Counted from the first letter of the stretch, positions 43,106 to 53,847 are shown. The stretch: DNA of 64,000 nucleotides from Dehalococcoidia bacterium (GCA_963694535.1 CAVODE010000001.1:26134-90133); one strand, 5' to 3'. Notes: generated from the sequence alone by a model not told the origin. Program-made: numbers and translations.

Positions 43106-43179
43106 ATTTAAAAAAATTCATAAGTTTTCAAGTTCGTATTTTATGGTTAACCTAAACAGGTTTCTCAGGTCGGAGTATA

Positions 43180-43998
43180 GTGCGCCTGTGGCGACGAATA
43201 AAAGAAAAAAGGTTGGAGATACTTATGAATAGATATGATGGAATGAGCGCGTTGGTGACCGGTGCTGGGTCAGGGATTGGTCGTGCGATGGCGCTCCGAT
43301 TAGCAGATGAAGGCTGCGCAGTTCTTTGTGCAGATATCGATCAGGACGGCACTGAGAGCACTGCTGCAAAAGTACTTGAGCATGGTGGTAAATCAGCCGC
43401 AGTGGTATTGGACGTGACAGATTCTGATGCAGTGAAGGATGCATTGGAAAGAACAATCTCTGAATTCGGATCTATTGATGTACTTATGAATAATGCTGGA
43501 GTAGGTGGTGGTGCAGGCTGGGATCAGACGATTGCAGTGAACCTTAGTGGGGTCTACTACGGACTACTGCATGGTTGCAAGATGATGGCCGAGAGAGGCG
43601 GTGGTTCGATCGTGAACACAGCGTCAGTGGCTGGCCTCAATGGGTTAGTTGGGGGTTCGGGTGCAGTAAAACCTGCCGACATTAATCCCAGCGATGGTCC
43701 CGGGGCGTACACGGCAGCTAAGCATGGGGTCGTGGGTCTTACTCGCCAATTTGCAGTGATATACGGTAAGCAGAATGTCCGAGTGAACGCATTGTGCCCA
43801 GGTTACATTTTTACACCGATGACGGCAGGTATGCGTGATCGTGAAGGCGGCCAAGAATTTTTAGAGAGCTTGCATCCGATGGGGCGGCTAGGTGAGCCGG
43901 AGGAAATAGCCTCCGCTGCAGCTTTCCTCGCAAGTTCAGACGCATCTTTTGTGACCGGAGTTGCTCTGCCTATTGATGGCGGATACACGGCTCGATAG
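43180..43998 (+). CDS. SDR family oxidoreductase
   Basis: [10 protein letters not shown] Rossmann motif, NNAG, YTAAK catalytic motif. Confidence 0.85.
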   Translation: MRLWRRIKEKRLEILMNRYDGMSALVTGAGSGIGRAMALRLADEGCAVLCADIDQDGTESTAAKVLEHGGKSAAVVLDVTDSDAVKDALERTISEFGSIDVLMNNAGVGGGAGWDQTIAVNLSGVYYGLLHGCKMMAERGGGSIVNTASVAGLNGLVGGSGAVKPADINPSDGPGAYTAAKHGVVGLTRQFAVIYGKQNVRVNALCPGYIFTPMTAGMRDREGGQEFLESLHPMGRLGEPEEIASAAAFLASSDASFVTGVALPIDGGYTAR

Positions 43999-44020
43999 CC
44001 GTTGGACACGGGACGTCGGT

Positions 44021-46441
44021 ATGTCACATATAGGCCGTAATTCAGACAAGAGACCGTTGTCGGAACTGCGGGTGCTCGAAATATCTGACGGAGTTGCTGG
44101 CGCGTACGCGGGTCGATTGCTTGGTGATCTTGGCGCTCGTGTCATTAAAGTAGAAGACGCGACTGGTGTTGGGCTGAGAGCACTTGGACCTTTCCCACTC
44201 ACTGCACCAGGCGATACAGAGGCCGGCGGATTACATCTGGCGCTCGACGTGGGGAAAGAATCAATTGTTATCGATTTTCAGGAAACCGTTGATGTTGAGC
44301 GGTTAGATAATCTTGTTTCAGCTGTTGATATTGTGCTTCTATCAAGCTCGACTAAGTTTGATAGAGCTTTGTTAGATCAACAAGTCGCTCTCAGAGATAA
44401 AAATCAAGAATTAGTGTTAGGTGTTCATACGCCTTTTGGTACGGACGGCCCCTATTCGGACAGATCTTCGAGCGAAATAGTTGACTATGCAATGGGCGGC
44501 TACATGTATTTCTCAGGCGATCCAAAACGGGAGCCATTGCTGGCCCCTGGATTCCAGGGTGAATTTCATGCGGGTATGCAACTCGCATTTGGGGTTATGA
44601 CAGGCGCATATCACTCGTTAAAGACAGGCAGGGGGCAGACGGTCGAGGTCTCAACTTTTGAAAGCATGCTCAATGCACATTCCTGGCTGACAAGTTCATG
44701 GACTCACGAGGGAGTAATTCAATCTAGAAAAGATACATGGATCACAAAATGTTTAGATGGACATGTATTTTGGATGCCTCGTCCGGATCCTCAATTTTTT
44801 GCAATGATTGAGCGACCAGATTTAATTGATGACCCTCGACTTGATTCAATGCTTGAATTCCGAGATGCTGTTCCAGAATATCGAGCAGCTTTTGCTGACT
44901 GGGCAAAAAACAAGAAGAAGCAGGATATTTATCATGAGGCTCAAGCGCTTAGAATTGCGGTCACTCCGGTTAATGATGCTGAGGACTTACGAAATAGCCC
45001 GCAACTTCGAGCCAGAGAATTTTGGCGAACAGTCGATTCACCTGTCGGCAAAATCGAGATACCTGGCCCGCCGTGGAATTTCAGCGACGTGGAACTGGGA
45101 CCAGCATCGCGCGCTCCTCATCTAGGGGAGCACCAGGATTTAGAACTAGAGGACCGCCTGCCCAGAGTTTATAGTCAGTCTGTGAGCTCCCTTGAGCTGC
45201 CTTTGTCAGGGGTACGTGTTCTTGAGGTTACTGCTAACTGGGCAGGCCCTTTAACTGGAAGACACCTTGGTGATTTGGGTGCAGATGTCATAAAGATTGA
45301 AGTTGCGAAGAAGCCAGCTACTAGGGCTGTGACCTATCCCGGACAACAGAGTTGGGACACTGCTCATAACCGTGCCGCCTATTTCAATCTACTGAACCGA
45401 AATAAACGTGATCTTGGAGTCGATTTATCTGATCCAGCTGGTCGCGATTTATTTTTAGACCTCGTAGAGAAATCTGATATCGTGCTCGAAAACAACAGTG
45501 CGCGGGTGTTTCCAAGTCTTGGACTTGACTATGAGAATCTTCGTGATCGCAATGAGGAACTAATCATGTGTTCGATGTCAGGCATGGGACTAGGTGGCCC
45601 AGAAATGCAATATTTGGCATATGGCTCAAATATTGAGGCTTCGAGCGGATTTGTTGCAAGGCTTGGATATTCCGAAGATTCTCTTTTTTCATCGGGCTCT
45701 TTTTACGCTGATCCCATCTGCGGCACACATGGGGCGATCGGTCTTGTGGCATCACTTTTTTCTCGAGATAGTGGAGCTAATGACGGAGGAGGTCGTTTCA
45801 TTGATATGTCGCTTCAAGAATCTGGAATTATGTTCAGTACAGAATCAATTATGAACCTTCAGATCCGAAATGAAGTCATGGTGCCAGTGGCCAATAAGTC
45901 AAGTAGATGGGCGCCTCAGGGTGTATATGCGACGGTCGGTGATGATTGTTGGATTTCAATTGCATGTAAAACGGATACGGATTGGGTCAACTTATGTCGG
46001 ATTATTTTTGAAGATGAGCTGAGTGCGGTTTACATCTTTAAATTTGCTGACATATCTGTACGTGAAGAATTTCATGAAGAAATTGACGAATTGATCTCAT
46101 CGTGGGCGGCAGGACTTAATCATAATGAAGCAACTAAAATTCTCCAAGACGGAGGAATAAGCGCAGGGCCTGTCTTGCAGAATTGGGAAATAGTGTCAGA
46201 CCCGCATTTATTCGCCCGAGATTACTTTGTTGACATTGTGCATCCAGATGTCGGACATTACCGATGGGATGGATTTCCCTGGAAATTTAGTGAAACTAGA
46301 GCTCAAATCCGACGACCTGCACCACTTTTTGGAGAACATACGATAGAAATTTGTGAAGAGATTGCAGGCTTGAGTCAGGATGAAATTGAACAACTCAAAC
46401 AATCAGGAGTTGTACAGGATAAGTTGGAACCGGTTACTTGA
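44021..46441 (+). CDS. Tandem-fused double family-III (CaiB/BaiF) CoA-transferase
   Basis: Two full CoA-transferase III modules in one ORF (RVLEISDGVAGAYAGRLLGDLGARVIKVE ... and RVLEVTANWAGPLTGRHLGDLGADVIKIE ...). Start set to the ATG after the SDR stop; the track start at 43961 overlaps the SDR. Confidence 0.75.
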   Translation: MSHIGRNSDKRPLSELRVLEISDGVAGAYAGRLLGDLGARVIKVEDATGVGLRALGPFPLTAPGDTEAGGLHLALDVGKESIVIDFQETVDVERLDNLVSAVDIVLLSSSTKFDRALLDQQVALRDKNQELVLGVHTPFGTDGPYSDRSSSEIVDYAMGGYMYFSGDPKREPLLAPGFQGEFHAGMQLAFGVMTGAYHSLKTGRGQTVEVSTFESMLNAHSWLTSSWTHEGVIQSRKDTWITKCLDGHVFWMPRPDPQFFAMIERPDLIDDPRLDSMLEFRDAVPEYRAAFADWAKNKKKQDIYHEAQALRIAVTPVNDAEDLRNSPQLRAREFWRTVDSPVGKIEIPGPPWNFSDVELGPASRAPHLGEHQDLELEDRLPRVYSQSVSSLELPLSGVRVLEVTANWAGPLTGRHLGDLGADVIKIEVAKKPATRAVTYPGQQSWDTAHNRAAYFNLLNRNKRDLGVDLSDPAGRDLFLDLVEKSDIVLENNSARVFPSLGLDYENLRDRNEELIMCSMSGMGLGGPEMQYLAYGSNIEASSGFVARLGYSEDSLFSSGSFYADPICGTHGAIGLVASLFSRDSGANDGGGRFIDMSLQESGIMFSTESIMNLQIRNEVMVPVANKSSRWAPQGVYATVGDDCWISIACKTDTDWVNLCRIIFEDELSAVYIFKFADISVREEFHEEIDELISSWAAGLNHNEATKILQDGGISAGPVLQNWEIVSDPHLFARDYFVDIVHPDVGHYRWDGFPWKFSETRAQIRRPAPLFGEHTIEICEEIAGLSQDEIEQLKQSGVVQDKLEPVT

Positions 46442-46525
46442 TGTCGATGATTTTGTTAAAACAACACAATGAGAGCGTTGAGAGCTACCATCTTGAAAAT
46501 ATACATATAGGTGAGGAAATAGAAT

Positions 46526-48190
46526 ATGAGTACTGCTCCAGGCGGAATTAGTGGATCTGAATTGTTGGCACGTCAAATGAGAGATGAAGGTGTTGAAGAT
46601 CTCTTTTATATAATGGGTGGCCCGATTATTGAGGTAGCTGGATTCGCTGCGGATCAGGGTATAAGAACTATTGATTGCCGACATGAACAGGGAGCGTCAT
46701 TTGCTGCTCACGGCTACGCCAGAGTTAAGCGTCAGCCGGGTGTATGCCTAGCGGCATCAGGACCCGCAACTACCAACTTACTAACAGGCATGGCAAACGC
46801 CTATCTTGACTGTGTTCCGATTATCGCATTGGGCGGATCCGCATCTTTACGCTCTCATGACACTGATGCGTTTCAGGAGTATGACCAGTTAGCCATGGCG
46901 CGACCAGTAACAAGATGGGCTGCCCGAGTGAATCATACAGATCGGCTCCCAGAATATTTCAACATGGCTCGTCGAAAAGCGATCACCGGCAAGCCGGGTC
47001 CGACATATCTCGATCTTCCGGGCGAGGTTCTATACGGCCGAGTTGAGCAGGAATCTGTATGGTTTCCAAAAGGTGGAACCCCGGCCCCGCGTCCATACCC
47101 TGATGAGGGTGAAATCGAAAAAGCAATTGAACTTCTGTCCAAAGCAGAGAGACCAGTTGTCATTGCTGGTTCGGGAGTATTTTGGTCAGCAGCTGGGGAC
47201 CAGCTGCGAGAGTTCGTTGAGGCTACTCAGATTCCTTTTTTTACGACCCCTCAAGCTCGAGGTATTGTTCCAGAAGATCATGATTTGGCCTATTTGGGAG
47301 CTCGTGGACAAGCATTTCGAGAAGCAGATGTAATTGTTGTGGTGGGAACTCGATTTAACTTCATTATTTCATTTGGACATGCACCTCGATTTGCTCCTGA
47401 TGTAAAGGTTATTCATATTGACGTAGATGCGAGCGAGCTCGGACATAACCGTCCAGTCGACGTTCCAATAGCTGCAGATGCCCGTGTTGCACTTACTAAG
47501 TTAACAGCAGCAGCAAAAGATGCAGGGATTGGAACGTCCGATAATTGGCGAGCACAATTGGCCGAACTTGATGATCGAAAGCGTGAACAAAGCCGGATGT
47601 CAGCGGAGAGCGATCAGACTCCGATACACCCGCTGAGGGTAGCTGAGGAGATAGTTAACTTCGTTGATAGAGATGCAATTATTTCAGTTGATGGTATGGA
47701 GACACTTAACTTCGGAAGACAATGGATTCCTTCATTTGTTGAGGGTGCGAGATTGAATTCCGGACCAAATGGATGTATGGGTGTAGGAATACCTTTTGCA
47801 ATGGGTGCCCAAGTTGCTGCGCCGGGACGTCAGGTTGTTGCGTTTGTCGGCGATGGATCTTTTTTAATGAATATCCAGGAATTTGATACGATGGTTCGTC
47901 ATAACCTTCCGGTTATTGCCGTCGTCAGCAATAATGGTGGTTGGACTGGTGGTGACAACACCACACCTGGTAGAAGTTTGGGTTTTGGCCAGCAATATCA
48001 CAAAGTGGTTGAGGCACTCGGTGGATACGGCGAGTTAGTAACTGATCCGAACGATCTCCACAATGCTTTGGAACGCGCTGCTGAAAGTGGGAAGCCATCT
48101 TGTATTAACGTTCATGTTGAAGAGCACGCCAGAGCTACGACTGTTGCGTTTGGTGGTTATTCTACAATGATGTCTCGATCGGATAGCTAA
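46526..48190 (+). CDS. Thiamine-pyrophosphate-dependent enzyme (acetolactate synthase / oxalyl-CoA decarboxylase superfamily)
   Basis: 554 aa. N-terminal Pyr domain, central domain, C-terminal TPP-binding GDG(S)F...NN motif (VGDGSFLMNIQEFDT...VSNNGGW). Confidence 0.8.
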   Translation: MSTAPGGISGSELLARQMRDEGVEDLFYIMGGPIIEVAGFAADQGIRTIDCRHEQGASFAAHGYARVKRQPGVCLAASGPATTNLLTGMANAYLDCVPIIALGGSASLRSHDTDAFQEYDQLAMARPVTRWAARVNHTDRLPEYFNMARRKAITGKPGPTYLDLPGEVLYGRVEQESVWFPKGGTPAPRPYPDEGEIEKAIELLSKAERPVVIAGSGVFWSAAGDQLREFVEATQIPFFTTPQARGIVPEDHDLAYLGARGQAFREADVIVVVGTRFNFIISFGHAPRFAPDVKVIHIDVDASELGHNRPVDVPIAADARVALTKLTAAAKDAGIGTSDNWRAQLAELDDRKREQSRMSAESDQTPIHPLRVAEEIVNFVDRDAIISVDGMETLNFGRQWIPSFVEGARLNSGPNGCMGVGIPFAMGAQVAAPGRQVVAFVGDGSFLMNIQEFDTMVRHNLPVIAVVSNNGGWTGGDNTTPGRSLGFGQQYHKVVEALGGYGELVTDPNDLHNALERAAESGKPSCINVHVEEHARATTVAFGGYSTMMSRSDS

Positions 48191-48212
48191 CATTTGTTTC
48201 GAGACAACTTAA

Positions 48213-49376
48213 ATGTTAGGTCGATTTGAGGCTGATCTGGAAGATGCGCTCAGTGAGGGAAAAATTCCCGGGCTTGTCGTTGGTTTGACATCAGGCGAAT
48301 CTACTCAATATGAGGCTGCATTCGGAATGCGATCGACTCGTACTTCTAGCCCGATGACAGTCGATACTGTCTTCAATATTGCGTCTATGACCAAACCAAT
48401 TGCAGGAGCTGCAATTATGCAGCTGGTTGAAAAAAAGATTTTAGATCTGGATACACCTGCTAGCGCGATTATTCCATATCTGGGGGAAGTCAAAGTATTG
48501 GAAGGGTTTAGTGCAACTGGTGAGGCGGTTACCCGCTCACCTAAGAGTTCAATAACATTGCGCCATCTACTAACGCACACTTCTGGTTTCAGCTCGGATT
48601 GGTGTAATGTCCTTCTAGATCAGTACCTATCGACCACACGGCATCCCAGAATGTCTACTGGGAAAAAGAAAGCTTTGAAAGTTCCTTTGGTGTTTGACCC
48701 TGGTGAGAAGTGGGGATACGGGGTCAGTATAGATTGGGCAGGATTGATACTCGAAGAAGTAACCGGCATTACTCTTCATGAATATATCAAAATGTATATA
48801 ACTGATCCATTGGGCATGTTTGATACGACATACTTCCCGTCAGACGAAATGAAATCCAGAATGGCATCGGTTCATACACCTCAAATCAATAAAGGCTTTG
48901 AGGCCAACGAGCATGTCGCGATATTAGATCGAGAATATTGGGGTGGCGGTGGTGGCATGTATTCGACCCTCGGCGACTATATGAGATTTATTCGAATGAT
49001 TCTGAATGATGGCAAGGCAGCTAATTTTGAATTATTTAAGCCTGATACCATCAAACTTATGACGCAGAATGCGATGGGAGATAATCGAGTAGAGATGCTC
49101 ATGTCGGCTGACAAAAATATTGCCAACGACGCAGAATTTTTCCCGGGATTAAAAAAGACATGGGGGCTTACGTTCCAAATTAATGAGCAAAAAACTCCAA
49201 CCGGCCGATCTCCGGGATCCTTGAGTTGGTCAGGTATATTTAATACATACTTCTGGATAGACCCTGAGAGAAATATTGGTGGTGTTTTTCTTTCCCAACT
49301 TCGTCCATGGATGGACGTATCAGCGCTCTCTCTCTTTGAGAAATTTGAGACATCGGTCTATCAAGATTTTGTTTAG
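48213..49376 (+). CDS. Serine hydrolase (class C beta-lactamase / esterase family)
   Basis: S-x-x-K motif SMTKP. 387 aa. Confidence 0.7.
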   Translation: MLGRFEADLEDALSEGKIPGLVVGLTSGESTQYEAAFGMRSTRTSSPMTVDTVFNIASMTKPIAGAAIMQLVEKKILDLDTPASAIIPYLGEVKVLEGFSATGEAVTRSPKSSITLRHLLTHTSGFSSDWCNVLLDQYLSTTRHPRMSTGKKKALKVPLVFDPGEKWGYGVSIDWAGLILEEVTGITLHEYIKMYITDPLGMFDTTYFPSDEMKSRMASVHTPQINKGFEANEHVAILDREYWGGGGGMYSTLGDYMRFIRMILNDGKAANFELFKPDTIKLMTQNAMGDNRVEMLMSADKNIANDAEFFPGLKKTWGLTFQINEQKTPTGRSPGSLSWSGIFNTYFWIDPERNIGGVFLSQLRPWMDVSALSLFEKFETSVYQDFV

Positions 49377-49380
49377 GACC

Positions 49381-50355
49381 TTAGCTGGCACTCCACGGAA
49401 GTGATCGAGGTTGCAGGACTTGTCGTAACTCCCCATCAGCGACAACCACGATTAGATCGAGCATTCCATACATGGAAGGGCTCATTCCTTTTATCGCTGT
49501 GGTGACTAGTTCCTGATCTATATGAGTGACGGCAGTGGTGACCACCAGTACTTTCATATCAACGGTCGACATATCTGATTGTTGTACCTGTTTTAATAAC
49601 CTTCGGAGATCTCGTCGGACTGGGGTTCCATCATGGGGATCTAGTTCAGGTGGTGGTGAAATAACAGCCACTCCTGATTTTAGTGTTTCGGGCAGGTGCG
49701 AAATAGTCCAATGATCAAAGATGTCTAACTCAGTTAGTTCGCCTTCGCGCAGGAGCATCGCCCTATCTCGTATCTGAGTCATCATGGATTCTAGTTCTGC
49801 TCGCTCTTTTGGTAATCTCGATATTTTATGAGAATCTAAATGAAACGATCCTTGTACACCGTCAGACAAAGCAAGCCATTCTGTAGAAAAACCTCCTGTA
49901 ACGGACATGTAGGCGCCCGTATTTTCAAGCTTTGCGAGTGTTACGACTCGAGGTATCCTAATTTCTCTTCGCTCATCAGTTGAAATTCCACGCATTCCTT
50001 TCAGGAGTTGTAGTCTTAATTCAGATATGTACGGTTCGGTCGACGGCAGTTGGACCTTTGGAGGGACCCAAACTGCGTACGCGCCTTCTTCGATACTTTC
50101 ATCAGAGACCATGTCGTCAGTGAGCAAGCCACCAAGTTGATCGGTTATTGTCGCATGTTCAGCCGCGGTCCACAGTTCAGCTATGAATACTCCGATCGTT
50201 CGGTTCCGTTGAGTGATTAGTGCGTCAAACCCAATCTCTTCCGCATTTTTTGCCGGCCGATCCGATGGTCGAAAAGTTCTGTAAAATTTCTCACTCATCC
50301 ATGCTGCGAGAAGATGGAGGAGAACCATTTGGCTAGTCATTGGTGTTAACGGCAT
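49381..50355 (-). CDS. Hypothetical protein (324 aa)
   Basis: Long clean ORF with no recognisable motif. Confidence 0.4.
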   Translation of the reverse strand: MPLTPMTSQMVLLHLLAAWMSEKFYRTFRPSDRPAKNAEEIGFDALITQRNRTIGVFIAELWTAAEHATITDQLGGLLTDDMVSDESIEEGAYAVWVPPKVQLPSTEPYISELRLQLLKGMRGISTDERREIRIPRVVTLAKLENTGAYMSVTGGFSTEWLALSDGVQGSFHLDSHKISRLPKERAELESMMTQIRDRAMLLREGELTELDIFDHWTISHLPETLKSGVAVISPPPELDPHDGTPVRRDLRRLLKQVQQSDMSTVDMKVLVVTTAVTHIDQELVTTAIKGMSPSMYGMLDLIVVVADGELRQVLQPRSLPWSAS

Positions 50356-50388
50356 GATAATTTTCCGGACTGTATCGACAGATTTTCG

Positions 50389-50808
50389 CTATTCAGATGG
50401 AGCACTAGATTTTCTGAGAAGCCACGGATCGACTCCGTTTCTTACTAATTGAACAATGATGTTGATGTTTAGTCCAAGAAAAAGGAAAACACAGAGTATT
50501 TTTACAAGGTTTGCAGGTAAGCCCGAGCCGTGTCCTACACGTTGCAGTACTACGACTAGTGCGATGGCTGCAAACAAGGTGATACCTAAACCACCAATCC
50601 AATCCCATGACTTGATAAAGCGCGAAAATGCACCAAGAATACCTGCACCAATTGCAATATTTACAGCAACCCCGCCAAGCAGTGCTCCTAGCATTGATGT
50701 GTCATGAAAATTCCATAGATCGAAAGCGGAAAGGACTAACCACATTGCGAGCATGGGAGCAGTCATTGCGAATAAAATCCCGATCATGTCACGTTTTTGA
50801 AAGCGCAT
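50389..50808 (-). CDS. Hypothetical membrane protein (139 aa, 4 TM)
   Basis: Hydropathy pattern only. Confidence 0.4.
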   Translation of the reverse strand: MRFQKRDMIGILFAMTAPMLAMWLVLSAFDLWNFHDTSMLGALLGGVAVNIAIGAGILGAFSRFIKSWDWIGGLGITLFAAIALVVVLQRVGHGSGLPANLVKILCVFLFLGLNINIIVQLVRNGVDPWLLRKSSAPSE

Positions 50809-50865
50809 CGACTAGACTCCTTTGCTTCTACCATGCTCTCTGATTGCACCCGTGGGTGCAACAGC

Positions 50866-51630
50866 TTACGTGCCGCTTCTGCTCTGCGCGCCATCGACTG
50901 GTAAGGTTGCGCCAATAACCCAGGATGCTCTAGGCGAGGCCAGCCAGACGACTGCGTCTGCCACCTCTTCAGGTTTGCCGAATCTACCGCCAGGGATTTC
51001 AGTGCGAATAAATTCTTCCATCCCCTCTGGATCCGAGATTAGTCTATTCCCCCAGGAACCGCCTTCAAAGGCAATCGATCCTGGTGCAATATTGTTCACT
51101 CTGATTCCTTCAGTCACCCAATCGCGGGCGTAGGCATTTGACAATGCAATTTGCGCTGCCTTTGACGTTTGGTATTGAGCAGGTCCACCATACTCTCGAC
51201 CGAAGATTGAAGAAATATTTACTACGGCCGCGTGATTAGATTTCATCAATTCAGCTTTCAAAGCCTCCATTATCAACAAAGGGGCGAACGTATTGAGTTC
51301 GAACGAAGCTCGCCAATTTGCTTCGATCTCCATATTACGAATAGTCGCACCTGCGTTGTTAACTAATATGTCCACGCCTGATAATCGTTCTTGTGTATAT
51401 TCTAAAATTTCTAGCGGCGCAGTCGCCTCGGTTACATCACAGGCAAGAATTTCAATTTTGGAGGAAGTTATTCCTTCTAATTCATTTTTTGTCTGTTCCA
51501 ATATTTCTTGGTTTCGCGCCACAAGAAGTAAGTGTGCACCTTCCACAGCAAATGCCGTAGCTATTGATTTCCCGATACCACGGGATGCGCCTGTGATGAC
51601 TACGTTACTGTTTTCGAGTTTTAAATCCAT
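50866..51630 (-). CDS. SDR family oxidoreductase
   Basis: TGASRGIGKS Rossmann motif, NNAG, YQTSK catalytic motif. Confidence 0.85.
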   Translation of the reverse strand: MDLKLENSNVVITGASRGIGKSIATAFAVEGAHLLLVARNQEILEQTKNELEGITSSKIEILACDVTEATAPLEILEYTQERLSGVDILVNNAGATIRNMEIEANWRASFELNTFAPLLIMEALKAELMKSNHAAVVNISSIFGREYGGPAQYQTSKAAQIALSNAYARDWVTEGIRVNNIAPGSIAFEGGSWGNRLISDPEGMEEFIRTEIPGGRFGKPEEVADAVVWLASPRASWVIGATLPVDGAQSRSGT

Positions 51631-51655
51631 CGTGAATTAATCCTTTCTATATTCC

Positions 51656-52450
51656 ATGCTAATTTTCGACTTTTCGGTGCCACTGCGCTACGCTCATCCA
51701 ATGAGTGTAGAGATAAAAATTATCGAACAGATTGCAATCGTAAGCTTCAGTAAAGCTACATCCACATGTGGAATTTTTGAATCCGAGTCGCTCTTTAATT
51801 CTCTCCAGAATATAGAGCATAACGAGAATATTGATGTTGTTATATTGAAGAACGTTGAACGGTATGGGACAGAGTGGGATCTAGTATCTGAGCCCCGGGG
51901 GAGTAGTATTCAGGGTAAGATTTCTAATCTAGTCGCGGGCATTGACCTCTTATCACGTTTCCGACAGCCGGTTATCGCAACTGCCGATGGAAAAACTATT
52001 GGCCCTGGAATGGAACTATTTGTATCGGCAGATATTCGACTATGTGATAGTTCAGCGTTGTTTGGTTTGCAAGGAATTACGGACGGTTTTTTGCCGCTCA
52101 GTGGTGCGGGGCAGCGTCTTATTCGAGCAATTGGGCGTTCAAGTTCGCTTAGACTGTTATTGCTCGGCGAGCTCATTAGCTCGGATGAATCATTGCGCGT
52201 TGGGTTGGTATCTTCGCTCTCAGAAGACACCTTCGATGCGGCACTTGAGCTAGCGAAAACTATTTCAACTCGCGGACCCTTGGCAATTAGAGCAGCTAAA
52301 GAGGCTCTTTATCGAGGAGGTGAGATGACTCTCGCGCAAGGCCTGCGATATGAATTAGATTTGACGATTCTGCTACAGTCGACGTCTGATCGAGCTGAGG
52401 GTGTCAGCGCCTTTATGCAAAAACGCCAGCCTCATTTCGAAGGTAAATAA
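51656..52450 (+). CDS. Enoyl-CoA hydratase/isomerase (crotonase) family protein
   Basis: Crotonase fold blocks (ATADGKTIGPGMELFVSADIRL). The start may be the internal ATG at 51701. Confidence 0.7.
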   Translation: MLIFDFSVPLRYAHPMSVEIKIIEQIAIVSFSKATSTCGIFESESLFNSLQNIEHNENIDVVILKNVERYGTEWDLVSEPRGSSIQGKISNLVAGIDLLSRFRQPVIATADGKTIGPGMELFVSADIRLCDSSALFGLQGITDGFLPLSGAGQRLIRAIGRSSSLRLLLLGELISSDESLRVGLVSSLSEDTFDAALELAKTISTRGPLAIRAAKEALYRGGEMTLAQGLRYELDLTILLQSTSDRAEGVSAFMQKRQPHFEGK

Positions 52451-52564
52451 TCTTATTCCAAGAATAAAAAAAGCGACTTATTGGCGCATAGGTTTTCTTT
52501 TCTCTGGTCTGTACTATCCTTTACGACAATACATTATCGTGAACCGCAAATAGTGGGGGTATTA

Positions 52565-52816
52565 ATGAACGTTGTGCTGAATACTGATGAGACAAATGTC
52601 GTTCTGGCATTAGTGACATCCCAAATCTTGGACCATCTTGATTTATCAACTGATGGGAAGGAATTAATTAGAGGTTGGAGACGAGATCACAATATCGGAT
52701 CAAGTAGCCTTAATGACTTTGCTGTTGAGTTGAACGAGGCCGTGGGAAATTTCATTGACGGCAATACTCGCCGAATGATTCGTCAAAGAGGAAAGATTAA
52801 AACTCTCGAGCGTTAG
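52565..52816 (+). CDS. Small hypothetical protein, paralog A (83 aa)
   Basis: RBS-like GGGGG 8 nt upstream. Alignable to the next ORF (MNVVLNTDETNVVLALVTSQILDHLDLS...W..D versus MKVEFTVDECHQMFEAVITSLNDLDMT...W..D). Confidence 0.45.
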   Translation: MNVVLNTDETNVVLALVTSQILDHLDLSTDGKELIRGWRRDHNIGSSSLNDFAVELNEAVGNFIDGNTRRMIRQRGKIKTLER

Positions 52817-52851
52817 TGAAAAAAATGCCAATTTATCAAGGAGTACGATAA

Positions 52852-53088
52852 ATGAAAGTTGAATTTACTGTAGACGAATGCCACCAGATGTTTGAGGCAG
52901 TTATCACTAGCCTGAATGATCTCGATATGACAGCGGAAGATAAGTACGCGCTGACACACTGGCAAACAAATGATATGAAGCCCGGATCTGTGCTAATGAA
53001 TCATCTTGCTGAAAAAATTAATAGTGAAGTTCAGGGCCAGCACGATCGTTCAGAGGTCTCACCTATTAAAAAGCCTGATTGGGCTTGA
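52852..53088 (+). CDS. Small hypothetical protein, paralog B (78 aa)
   Basis: Strong RBS AGGAG 8 nt upstream. Paralogous to the preceding ORF. Confidence 0.5.
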   Translation: MKVEFTVDECHQMFEAVITSLNDLDMTAEDKYALTHWQTNDMKPGSVLMNHLAEKINSEVQGQHDRSEVSPIKKPDWA

Positions 53089-53103
53089 AACTAATTTGAA
53101 TTT

Positions 53104-53847
53104 ATGTCTGGCGCGAATGATATAGGCCCATATGTAGAACTCAATCGAGACGAATTAGGTGTGTACACAATCACACTAAATCGCCCCAACCGAATAAACG
53201 CCATCAATCTTGCGATGCGCGATGAGTTATGGCAGATTTTTTTATTACTCAGAGATGACCCAACAGCTAAATGTGCGATTTTGAGAGGTATTGGCCTAAA
53301 GGGATTTTCTGCGGGTGCAGATATATCAGAATTTGGAAGCTCTCCGTCATTACATGAATCTCGTGAAGCTCGTTTGAATCGAGATTTATGGGGATTAATG
53401 GCAGAACTAGACATACCCTTGATAAGTGTGCTGCACGGATTTACGTATGGTGCTGGATTGGAAATGTCTCTCTACTGCGATCTGAGAGTAGCTTCGGAAG
53501 ATAGTCAGTTGGCTTTGCCTGAAGTGACACTTGGCTATATTCCATCAGCTGGAGGAACGCAAACAATTTCCCGCCATCTGAAGCAATCAGATGCGGCGCT
53601 TATGGCGATTTCTGGACTACCGATCAGCGCCGAGGCTGCATACTTGAAAGGACTAGTTCATCAAGTTGTTCCCATAGAAGAAATTGATGACGTTGCTATT
53701 GAATGGGCTCGTAAATTGGCTACGTATGATTCAGAGGTTGTTCGGGCGCTGAAACGGACTCTCCGAGAAGGATCTGATCTCCCACTCGATGCAGCTGTCG
53801 CTGCCGAAAAAATTCAGTCTGTGAATATTGTTGCTAGGACTCAATGA
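53104..53847 (+). CDS. Enoyl-CoA hydratase/isomerase (crotonase) family protein
   Basis: Crotonase blocks (FSAGADISEF; HGFTYGAGLEMSLYCDLRVA). Confidence 0.8.
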   Translation: MSGANDIGPYVELNRDELGVYTITLNRPNRINAINLAMRDELWQIFLLLRDDPTAKCAILRGIGLKGFSAGADISEFGSSPSLHESREARLNRDLWGLMAELDIPLISVLHGFTYGAGLEMSLYCDLRVASEDSQLALPEVTLGYIPSAGGTQTISRHLKQSDAALMAISGLPISAEAAYLKGLVHQVVPIEEIDDVAIEWARKLATYDSEVVRALKRTLREGSDLPLDAAVAAEKIQSVNIVARTQ

